Positions 1 to 7,989 of a stretch of 64,000 bases of DNA are shown piece by piece. Numbering within the stretch: position 1 is the stretch's first letter; each line of letters starts with the position of its first letter. Origin of the DNA: a bacterium (GTDB taxonomy: Bacteria > Hinthialibacterota > Hinthialibacteria > OLB16); assembly GCA_022072055.1 (NCBI GenBank), contig JAJVIK010000025.1:7766-71765 (forward strand). The letters are read 5' to 3'. The translations under genes and the position numbers were made by a program. The notes beneath the pieces were generated by a model, which ran no database searches, had not been told where the DNA came from, and saw nothing but the letters and a program-made list of their open reading frames with translations.

Positions 1-2
1 GT

Positions 3-557
3 TTTGAGCGGGTGGTCGGGATGGATCTTTCCGCGGATCTGCTCCAAGCGGCGCGTGAGAGTGGAGATTCCCCCCCCATCCTTGTTCGCGGGGACATGCG
101 CGCGCTTCCGTTCGGTCCGTCTTTCGACAGCGTCGTTTCCCTCTTCACCAGCTTCGGGTACTTCCTGGAAGAGGGCGAGAACCGGCGCGTGTTGGAGGAG
201 ATTCGACGGATCCTGCGTCCGCGCGGGAAGTTCCTGCTTGACCTGGTCCCGGCGCAGATCGTGGATTCACTGGTGCCGTCAAGCGAGCGGAAGGTGGATG
301 GCCTGGTTGTCCGGGAGCGGAGGCGGTATGTGGAAACGACCAAACGGATTGAAAAGGAAATCCGCATTGAGGGGCCCGATGGGGTTCGGGAGTTTGTCGA
401 GTCGGTGCGTGTCTATTCCTTCAGTGAGATCAGTCGGATGTTGGCGCAAGCCGGGCTGTCGATCACCGATGTGCGGGGGGACTTTCAGGGAGGGGGATTT
501 GTGCCGGAGAGCGAGCGGATGATCCTCCTCGGGACCACAGACCTGGTGGGCCGTTGA
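3..557 (+). CDS. Class I SAM-dependent methyltransferase, 5' end truncated by the window edge
   Basis: Frame is open from base 3 and reads VVGMDLS..LL..A, VRGDMRALPF..SFDSVVSLFTSFGY and L.PRGKFLLD, typical of Methyltransf_25/11. Confidence 0.85.
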   Translation, partial: FERVVGMDLSADLLQAARESGDSPPILVRGDMRALPFGPSFDSVVSLFTSFGYFLEEGENRRVLEEIRRILRPRGKFLLDLVPAQIVDSLVPSSERKVDGLVVRERRRYVETTKRIEKEIRIEGPDGVREFVESVRVYSFSEISRMLAQAGLSITDVRGDFQGGGFVPESERMILLGTTDLVGR

Positions 558-579
558 AAGATGGGGCTTAAGGACTTTA

Positions 580-743
580 CCGAGCCGCGACCGAAAGGGA
601 GCGGTCGCGGGAAGGAGTCGGAAGCGGAGTGCAATTCCGGGATCAAGGTTCCGCCCAGCAGTGCAACTGCTGGGCGAGCGGGAAAGCGTAGGACAGGTCT
701 CCGTGCCTGTCCGGCGCCTGTCCGGGCGGGTGTGGACTCCGCC
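580..743. repeat. Cluster of REP-like palindromic elements
   Basis: CCGAGCCGCGACCGAAAGGGAGCGGTC (580-606) and CCGCCCAGCAGTGCAACTGCTGGGCGAGC (651-679) are near reverse complements of units at 31356-31477. GTAGGACAGG..GCCTGTCC (688-711) matches elements at 31500 and 56963. Confidence 0.75.
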
Positions 744-788
744 GGCGTGGGGATTGTACCCTCTCGGTCGAGGGGAGGTTCTGGTTCC

Positions 789-3386
789 GTGCCTGCTCGA
801 TTTTTTCTTCCTTTGCTTTTGCTGATTTCGTCGCCGGCGGAGGCGGCCTATGAGCGCCCGGTGTGGGTTACCTCCAAGGATTTCGGCCAGTTCCATGTGG
901 TGGTGTCTGACCAGGCCACCGCTGTCGAGAAGTTCGCCGCCGAGGAGTTCCGCTCGCTCTGGAAACTGTCGACCGGGAAAGAGATTGAGATCTCCGGCAG
1001 ACCCCAGGGCGCGGTCAATGTCTGGATCGGCCTCGCCGGACTCCCCGCGCAACTCCAGGAATGGCTCGACCTCTCGGATCTCGGCGAGGATGGGGTTGTC
1101 ATCCGGACCCGAACCAAGGGCGAGACCCGCAAGATGACCGCGAACCACCTGATCCTGGTGGGAGGGAAAAAGCGCGGGGCGCTCTACGCGGTCCATCAAT
1201 TCTTCGAGGATGCGATGGGGGTCCGCTGGCTGACTCCCGAGTTCACTTATTTCCCCCCGGAGCCGGTGGAGCACATCCATGAGATGGTTTACCGGCATGT
1301 CCCTCCCTTTGCGTATCGCGACACCAATTATCGCGCCTTCGTGGAGAACCCCAAGTTCGCCCTCGCGCACCGTCTCAACGGCAACTCCACCCGGATCCCG
1401 GAGGAATGGGGCGGCCACACCGCTTACACCCGCTGCGGGTTCGGCCACACCTTCCACTGGTTTGTGTCGCCGGAGGAACACGGGGCGTCCCATCCGGAGT
1501 ATTTCTCCGAAATCGACGGCAAACGTCAAACCAATCCGCAAGCAACCCAGCTGGACCTCACCCACCCGGATGTCCTGGCCATCACCAAACGGAAGGTGGC
1601 GGAGGCGCTCGCCGACAGCGCGACCCATGAGCGGATTGTCAGCATCACCCAGATGGACTGGCCCTTCTGGAACGAATCCTGGCCTCAGAAGGCGATTGAT
1701 GAGCTTGAAGGCTCCCCTTCGGGGAGCCTGATCCGCTTTGTCAACGAAGTGGCGCGCTCGATTGAAAAGCCGTTCCCACGCGCTTTCATTGACACCTTCG
1801 CGTACACTTACACCCGCCGTCCGCCAAACACGGTCAAACCCCGCGACAACGTGATCGTGCGGCTGTGCTCCATCGAGTGCGATTTTTCGCGCCCCTTTCA
1901 GGATTCCACCTCCAAGCTCAACCGCGCTTTTCGGAAGGACCTTCAAGGGTGGGCCAAAGGCGCCAAGAATCTGTGGATCTGGGATTACACCCAAAACTGG
2001 CATGCCTTTCAGGGACCGCATCCGAATTTCCATGTCCTCCAACCCAATCTGAGCTTCCTGGCGAGCAACGGAGTCACTGGCGTGTTTGAACAGGCCAGCC
2101 CGAGCTCGCCGCATTCCGATTTCGAGTATCTCAAGGGGTACATCCTCGCGCACGCCCTGTGGGATCCGGAGGTGGACTGGCATCGCCTCTACACCGAGTT
2201 CCTGGCCCTCTATTACCGGGAGGCCTCGCCCTTCATTCATGAATACATCGAGCTGATCACCAAGAAAGCCCAGGCGCACCCCGAACCGATGACCATCTTC
2301 TCGAAGATGGAGTGGATGGATTACGACACGGTGATGAACGCCGAGGGGATCTTCCGCAAGGCCTTCGACTCCGTCCGGGATCCGGAAGTCCGCGCGAGAG
2401 TCGATTCGGCCTATCTCCCGGTTCAATACTCCGCGCTGGTTTGTCCGCCCAAGATCGAGGTCGCCACCACCTGCTACCGCCTGCGCCGCCCACCCAGTCT
2501 GACCTTCGATGAGTATTGGGAGCGCCTGAGAAGCCTGGGGGTCACCTATTTGAACGACTACCCGATAGAGGAGTTCCGGACTCGCTTGGAGGGGAAGACC
2601 CCCCCGCGCTATGAAGAGATTCCCATTGCTCGTCTGGAAAATGAGAACTACGAACTATGGGTCACCCCAACCCTGGGAGGAGCGATCCAGCGGTTCCGGG
2701 ATAAGCGCTCAGATATCGACTTGCTCAAGGGCTTCGAAAGCCCCCTCGAAGGGCGCTGGGTCTGGCAGGAGTGGACCATCCTGGACCCCGAGGCCCCCGC
2801 CGTGGAGGTCCCTGTCGCGAAATCGTACGAGATCATTGAGAGTTCGGGCGCTCGGCTCAGCTTGCGGACCAAGCTGGCCAATGGACTGGCGATCACTCGG
2901 ACTCTGGGCCTCCCCGCGGGGGCCACAATCCTCGATCTGACATTGGAAATGCGTAACGAGTCCTCTTCCGCGATCACGCCCCGGGTCAAGCTGCATCCGG
3001 AGTTCTGGACTCAGGGCGGCTATAACCCGGAGATCTGGGTGGAGACCGAGAAGGGGTGGGAAGAAGTCGATCCGGACCGTCGGATGGGTCAGGAAGTGCT
3101 GGCCGGGAGATTGGACCAGGAGGGGATTCGCCGCTGGGGGTTCCGCCTGATCGGGAAGGGAGCGGTGCTCATGAACACAGTCCGCTCGGAGGAGATCTCT
3201 CAGCTCTCCTACTTCCACAATCGGGCCAGGGACCACTTCAATCTCGAGGTTTACCCGGACCAGAGTCCGATTGAGCCGGGAGGCCGGCGAGTGGTGCACT
3301 CCCAATACGAGATTCTGGAGCGTTTGCCGTACGAAGGTCCGGTGACTCTGTATGGCCTCAATCGCCCAAAATCGAGAAGATACTGA
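789..3386 (+). CDS. Secreted DUF4838-domain protein (putative glycoside hydrolase) with an extra C-terminal beta-sandwich
   Basis: GTG at 789 follows GGAGG (774-778) and starts a signal peptide (FFLPLLLLISSPAEA). Motifs GALYAVHQFFED.MGVRWLTP, PPFAYRD, GHTF, HPEYF and FLASNGVTGVFEQ match DUF4838. The ORF-track start at 561 runs through repeats and is rejected. Confidence 0.8.
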   Translation: MPARFFLPLLLLISSPAEAAYERPVWVTSKDFGQFHVVVSDQATAVEKFAAEEFRSLWKLSTGKEIEISGRPQGAVNVWIGLAGLPAQLQEWLDLSDLGEDGVVIRTRTKGETRKMTANHLILVGGKKRGALYAVHQFFEDAMGVRWLTPEFTYFPPEPVEHIHEMVYRHVPPFAYRDTNYRAFVENPKFALAHRLNGNSTRIPEEWGGHTAYTRCGFGHTFHWFVSPEEHGASHPEYFSEIDGKRQTNPQATQLDLTHPDVLAITKRKVAEALADSATHERIVSITQMDWPFWNESWPQKAIDELEGSPSGSLIRFVNEVARSIEKPFPRAFIDTFAYTYTRRPPNTVKPRDNVIVRLCSIECDFSRPFQDSTSKLNRAFRKDLQGWAKGAKNLWIWDYTQNWHAFQGPHPNFHVLQPNLSFLASNGVTGVFEQASPSSPHSDFEYLKGYILAHALWDPEVDWHRLYTEFLALYYREASPFIHEYIELITKKAQAHPEPMTIFSKMEWMDYDTVMNAEGIFRKAFDSVRDPEVRARVDSAYLPVQYSALVCPPKIEVATTCYRLRRPPSLTFDEYWERLRSLGVTYLNDYPIEEFRTRLEGKTPPRYEEIPIARLENENYELWVTPTLGGAIQRFRDKRSDIDLLKGFESPLEGRWVWQEWTILDPEAPAVEVPVAKSYEIIESSGARLSLRTKLANGLAITRTLGLPAGATILDLTLEMRNESSSAITPRVKLHPEFWTQGGYNPEIWVETEKGWEEVDPDRRMGQEVLAGRLDQEGIRRWGFRLIGKGAVLMNTVRSEEISQLSYFHNRARDHFNLEVYPDQSPIEPGGRRVVHSQYEILERLPYEGPVTLYGLNRPKSRRY

Positions 3387-3408
3387 CCCCAGACCGATCG
3401 GCAGCCTC

Positions 3409-4185
3409 ATGCAAGAATCGCCCGTGGCCGTGGTTACCGGAGGAAGCCGAGGAATCGGGCGGGGAATCGCCCTCGCGCTGGCTTCCTGCGGACATGACAT
3501 CGTTTTGAACTACGCCCGAAACGAGGAGGCCGCGCGCGCGACCGCGGCCCAGATCACAGAGCGCGGGCGGGTGTGCCGGATGGTGCGGGGGGATGTCAGC
3601 CGCATCGAGGACCATCCAGGGATCCTGGAAGCCGCATCTCGTGGGTTTGGCCGGGTCGATCTGCTGGTGAACAACGCGGGGATCGCGCCGCGGGTGCGCC
3701 TTGACCTGCTGGAGACTTCCCCCGAGAGCTACGACGAAGTGATGTCAACCAACCTGCGCGGCCCGATGTTTCTCACCCAGGCCTTCGCGCGCCGCATGCT
3801 CGAGCTGAAGAAGGGGGGAACTGTCCCCCACCCCCGAATCGTGTTCATTTCCTCGATCAGCGCCTATGTCGCCTCTCCCAGCCGGGGGGAATACTGCATC
3901 TCAAAGGCCGGTCTTGCGATGCTGGCGCAGCTTTTCGCGGCGCGCCTGGCCGGCGAGGGAATCCCGGTGTTCGAGGTTCGGCCCGGGATCATCGCCACCG
4001 ACATGACCGCCAAGGTGAAGGGAAAATACGACACCCTGATCGCCGAGGGCCTGGTTCCTCAAGGTCGCTGGGGGACTCCGGAGGATGTGGGGCGCGCGGT
4101 GGCCGCGATCGCGCGAGGCGACCTCGATTTTTCCACCGGCCAGGTGATTGAGGTCGGTGGCGGCTTCTCGATGCGCGTCCTATGA
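3409..4185 (+). CDS. SDR-family oxidoreductase (3-ketoacyl-ACP reductase-like, PRK12745 type)
   Basis: VTGGSRGIG, LVNNAG and catalytic YCISK; ends with EVGGGFSMRVL. ATG at 3409. Confidence 0.9.
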   Translation: MQESPVAVVTGGSRGIGRGIALALASCGHDIVLNYARNEEAARATAAQITERGRVCRMVRGDVSRIEDHPGILEAASRGFGRVDLLVNNAGIAPRVRLDLLETSPESYDEVMSTNLRGPMFLTQAFARRMLELKKGGTVPHPRIVFISSISAYVASPSRGEYCISKAGLAMLAQLFAARLAGEGIPVFEVRPGIIATDMTAKVKGKYDTLIAEGLVPQGRWGTPEDVGRAVAAIARGDLDFSTGQVIEVGGGFSMRVL

Positions 4186-5492
4186 GCGGCGGGCTCCTCC
4201 GGCTGCGAACCATTGCCCCTCAGTTCTTGCTTTTCGCGGTCTCCTTTGCGTGGTTGTGGTTCTGGCGCCCCTATGGCTTCCACGGCGGGGATTCCGAGTA
4301 CCTGGACCGTCAGATCGATGGAGGTCTGTGGTTTCGAAAGCGTGAGCCGCTGGCGGTGGCGGCCATGCAGCTCTCCCGACTCGTGCTTCAGCCGGTCACC
4401 CTGTGGCCGACCGCGCTGTGCCTCTCCTTCGCCTCCTGCGTCGCGGGCGCGGTCACCGTGATCGTTCTCTGGAAACTGTGCCGGGAAAGCAAGGGGACGG
4501 TCCTCTTGTTCAGCCTGACCCTCAGTTCGGGGTATGCCCTCCTGTTCCATGGGCATATCGAGGCTTACGCCCTTCCGACCTGCCTCCTGGCCGTGTGGGT
4601 TCTTGCGATCCGTCGAGCGGATCAGGGGCGCTGGTCCTCGGGCGCGCCGGCGCTCGCGTTTTCCGGGATGGCGTGGTGCCACACGATGGCGTTGTGTCTC
4701 TCGCCCGCTCTTCTTGTGACCGCATGGGTGCATCGCGGGCGCTTGCCCCAAGACTCGCGAATTTGGATCTTGGCGGGGCTGGCGTTGGTCGGGCTTTATG
4801 TCTTCACCGATGTCCTCCAAGTCGGGCATGGACCGGGGTTTGAGACTCTTCCGGCGATGCTCGGGTCAAGCGCCGCCAAGGAATACGCACCGCTGCTCTC
4901 GGCGAAGCATCTCGCAATCAAGTTTCATTTCCTGTGGGTGGCCACCCATGTGACCATCCCCTTCGCGCTTCTTGGGCTCCGGAGCTCGCGGCGATCTCCG
5001 GAGGCGCTCCAGCTCGCCGGCCTTGCCCTCTGCGCGTTAATCTTTCTGGCTCTGTTTCACCCGGATGCAGGCTATCTGGACTGGGACCTGTTCCTTTTGC
5101 CGAGTCTCCCCTGCGCGATCTTGGGGGCGCGGTATGTGACCGGCTCCAAGCGCGCCATGGCTTTAAGCGCGCTTTGGATCGCGGGTTTCTTGGCGGTGTG
5201 GGCGCCGAGAACTCCGATTTGGGCGCGGCTCGCGGAACGTGGACTGGCGCGGGTCGAAGTGAAGAATTTCCCAACGGACGCCACGGTTAAGTTGGATGAC
5301 CGGGGGCAAATCCATCGCTCCGTCTTCAAAGTCCAGGGAGGGATACACTCCCTTTCCGTTCTCCGCAGGGGCGAGCGCACGCGGTGGAAGGTTTTTCGGG
5401 CTTCTCCCGGCGCCCGGATCGAAATCCGCCTTCCCGAAGGACGCGCCCTGCTCCGAGGGACTCGCGGGCTTGAAACTCACGGGGGGGTCTGA
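4182..5492 (+). CDS. Polytopic membrane protein, GT-C/DUF2723-like, with a C-terminal PEGA-like domain
   Basis: About 10 hydrophobic segments and an early acidic loop (GGDSEYLD). Tail EVKNFPTDATVKLDD..GGIHSLSV is PEGA-like. ATGA overlap with the SDR gene. Confidence 0.55.
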   Translation: MSGGLLRLRTIAPQFLLFAVSFAWLWFWRPYGFHGGDSEYLDRQIDGGLWFRKREPLAVAAMQLSRLVLQPVTLWPTALCLSFASCVAGAVTVIVLWKLCRESKGTVLLFSLTLSSGYALLFHGHIEAYALPTCLLAVWVLAIRRADQGRWSSGAPALAFSGMAWCHTMALCLSPALLVTAWVHRGRLPQDSRIWILAGLALVGLYVFTDVLQVGHGPGFETLPAMLGSSAAKEYAPLLSAKHLAIKFHFLWVATHVTIPFALLGLRSSRRSPEALQLAGLALCALIFLALFHPDAGYLDWDLFLLPSLPCAILGARYVTGSKRAMALSALWIAGFLAVWAPRTPIWARLAERGLARVEVKNFPTDATVKLDDRGQIHRSVFKVQGGIHSLSVLRRGERTRWKVFRASPGARIEIRLPEGRALLRGTRGLETHGGV

Positions 5493-5561
5493 TAGCAATT
5501 TCCCCTCTCGGCTGGATCGCCCTGGAGCCGACGCAATTCCTTTGGAAGTTGAGAGATGTGC

Positions 5562-7373
5562 ATGTCGACCTCGGTCACGGTCAAACCTTCGCTGAACCCC
5601 CTTCTGCCTTACCGCACCCATTATTCCTCGGACCTGGCCGCGCTTTCCGTGGGCGCTGAGGTCCGACTCGCCGGTTGGGCGCATCGCTGCCGGGACCATG
5701 GGGGGTTGATCTTTATCGACCTCCGCGATCCGCGCGGGCTGGTCCAACTGAGGATCACCCCGGATGCCCCCGGCGACTCCCACGACATCGCCGCCAAGGT
5801 GCGCCCCGAATGGGTCCTTCAGGTGGTGGGGGTGATTAAGCCCCGCCCCGAGGGAACCGAGAACCCGTCCCTCGCCACGGGAAAGATCGAAATCGAGGTC
5901 AGTCGGATCGAGATCCTCAATGTGGCGGCGGACATGCCCTTCGATGTCGCCGACGAAACCCCGATCACCGAGCAGCAGAACATCGAGTTCCGGTACATCG
6001 CCCTCCGCCGCGAGAGCGTGGCCAAGGTCGTGCGCTTCCGCCATGAGCTCGTGCGGATGGTCCGCGAGTACTTTTACGAGAATAACTTCCTTGAGGTGGA
6101 GACCCCGCTGCTTTCCAAGAGCACCCCGGAGGGGGCGCGAGATTGCCTTGTCCCTTCGCGCGTCTTCCCAGGCAAATTCTACGCCCTCCCGCAATCCCCC
6201 CAGCAATACAAGCAGCTCCTGGTGATCGGGGGCGTGGAGCGCTATTTCCAGATCGCCCGCTGCCTTCGCGACGAAGACACCCGCGCGGACCGTCTCTTGG
6301 AGCACACCCAGATCGACTTCGAGATGTCCTATGTTCAACGCGATGACATCATGAACATGCTGGAGGGATTGATCATCCGCCTGGTGACCAAGCTCACCCC
6401 GGAAAAGCGTCTCCTCTCCAACCCTCTCCAGCGCTTCACCTACCGCGAGCTGATGGACCGCTTTGGCTCCGACAAGCCCGACCTTCGTTTCGGTCTTGAG
6501 ATTCGCGACTGCACGGACCTGTTCTCGGAAATCGAATTCCAGGTTTTCCGTTCGGTCATTGAGAAGGGTGGAACCATCCGCGGCTTCTGGTGTCCCGCGC
6601 CGCCGTCGTTCAGCCGGAAGGAAATGGATGAGCTCACCGGGGTGGCGATGGAGCTGGGCGCTGAGGGACTGGTGTGGATTTCGTGCGGGGCGGAGGACTT
6701 TTCCTCCCCGATCAAGCGCTTCCTCTCCCCGGATTTGCTCGCCCGACTGCGGGATCGGGTCGAAGCCGCGCCCGGTGAGGGGTCGCTGTTCCTCATGGCG
6801 GGGCAGGTGCATGACACGGTGCTCGACCGTCTGGGACGATTTCGCGTGAAGATCTCCGAGCGCGCCAACCTGCAGGACCCGAACCTGCTCGCGTTCGCCT
6901 ATGTGATCGACTTCCCATACTTCTTCTGGGATGAGGACAACAAGCGTTACGACCCCTGCCACCACATGTTCGTCATGCCCAAGCGGGAATACATCAACAC
7001 GGTCCTGACCGATCCGCTCCCGACGCTTTCGACTCAGTTCGACATGATCTGCAACGGCTACGAGATGTGCAGCGGCAGCGAGCGTATTCACTTCCGCCGG
7101 CTCCAGTCCGGAATCATGCAGCTGGTGGGCATCGGACCGGAGGAGCAGGAGGAGAAATTCGGGCATCTTCTGCGCGCGCTGGACTCCGGCGCTCCGCCCC
7201 ACGGCGGCGTGGCGCCGGGAGTGGACCGGCTGGTGATGGTGCTGATGGGGCTTCCGTTCGTGCGCGACACGATTGCGTTTCCGAAATCGCAGCGCGGAGA
7301 AGACCTGATGATGAAATCTCCGTCCCATGTGGATGAACAGCAGCTGCGGGAGTTGGGGATTAAGCTGCGATAG
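5562..7373 (+). CDS. aspS: Aspartate--tRNA ligase, probably non-discriminating Asp/Asn type
   Basis: RDHGGLIFIDLRD, FYALPQSPQQYKQLL, YFQIARC.RDED, GAD insertion and PPHGG..PGVDRLVM..IAFPK. Confidence 0.97.
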   Translation: MSTSVTVKPSLNPLLPYRTHYSSDLAALSVGAEVRLAGWAHRCRDHGGLIFIDLRDPRGLVQLRITPDAPGDSHDIAAKVRPEWVLQVVGVIKPRPEGTENPSLATGKIEIEVSRIEILNVAADMPFDVADETPITEQQNIEFRYIALRRESVAKVVRFRHELVRMVREYFYENNFLEVETPLLSKSTPEGARDCLVPSRVFPGKFYALPQSPQQYKQLLVIGGVERYFQIARCLRDEDTRADRLLEHTQIDFEMSYVQRDDIMNMLEGLIIRLVTKLTPEKRLLSNPLQRFTYRELMDRFGSDKPDLRFGLEIRDCTDLFSEIEFQVFRSVIEKGGTIRGFWCPAPPSFSRKEMDELTGVAMELGAEGLVWISCGAEDFSSPIKRFLSPDLLARLRDRVEAAPGEGSLFLMAGQVHDTVLDRLGRFRVKISERANLQDPNLLAFAYVIDFPYFFWDEDNKRYDPCHHMFVMPKREYINTVLTDPLPTLSTQFDMICNGYEMCSGSERIHFRRLQSGIMQLVGIGPEEQEEKFGHLLRALDSGAPPHGGVAPGVDRLVMVLMGLPFVRDTIAFPKSQRGEDLMMKSPSHVDEQQLRELGIKLR

Positions 7374-7435
7374 CCCAAGCGCATGTCTCGTCCAACGGTC
7401 ATCCGGACTTACCCCAGAACCACCGCGAGGACTCT

Positions 7436-7753
7436 ATGGACCTCCTGGAGATTGGGCGGTGGGGAACAATTCGTGAGTGTTACCGCCCCTTCCTCCGAGA
7501 GGTTGAGGAGAGCAGGAGGGTCCTACCCGGTCAGACATTCGGCGCAAGAAGGCTAGATCGCCAAGTTCTGAATGACACGGTGGATACTCAGGCGCGGGCA
7601 GGCTACCGTTCTCGATCTTTCCGCGCGGTCTTTATCGAGGGAAATCGTGCGTTCTCAAATTCAGAGCTGTTCGATTTGGCTCATGTGCAACGAGCGGTCA
7701 GGGATCCATCCGTGATAAACTCGATTAGACTTATCCTTCCCGGGAAGCAGTGA
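7436..7753 (+). CDS. Hypothetical protein (105 aa)
   Basis: ATG preceded by GAGG; lower GC than the flanks; stop overlaps the next start (GTGA). No recognised motif. Confidence 0.45.
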   Translation: MDLLEIGRWGTIRECYRPFLREVEESRRVLPGQTFGARRLDRQVLNDTVDTQARAGYRSRSFRAVFIEGNRAFSNSELFDLAHVQRAVRDPSVINSIRLILPGKQ

Positions 7754-7959
7754 GTCGGACCATGACCTCTCCCAAACGCGCAACGGAAATAATCAAGGAC
7801 CACTTTGAACGAATCACACCCGAGCAGTTCCATGCAAACCTCCACCGGGTTTGCCCTGAGCTATTCGAGCAGCCCACGGGGAATGGAAAACAAAACACCA
7901 GGCGAAATGAGGCCCTCAGACCCTCCGCTCAACGGCGGTCCAAGAAGAACACTCTCTGA
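7750..7959 (+). CDS. Hypothetical small protein (69 aa)
   Basis: Coupled to the upstream ORF; helical N-half and basic tail; alternative ATG at 7762. Confidence 0.4.
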   Translation: MSRTMTSPKRATEIIKDHFERITPEQFHANLHRVCPELFEQPTGNGKQNTRRNEALRPSAQRRSKKNTL

Positions 7960-7989
7960 CCGGAATCCGAGGCGCGAAGGCCCGCCGCT

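Noticed and set aside
561-788. N-terminal extension of the DUF4838 ORF from the ATG at 561
   Set aside because: It translates REP hairpins. A GTG at 789 has a good RBS and starts a signal peptide.
279-2426. 715-aa minus-strand ORF, and similar long antisense ORFs at 5163-7328, 8686-10254, 38175-39842 and 56946-58298
   Set aside because: These are antisense shadows of well-supported genes in GC-rich DNA, with no motifs of their own.
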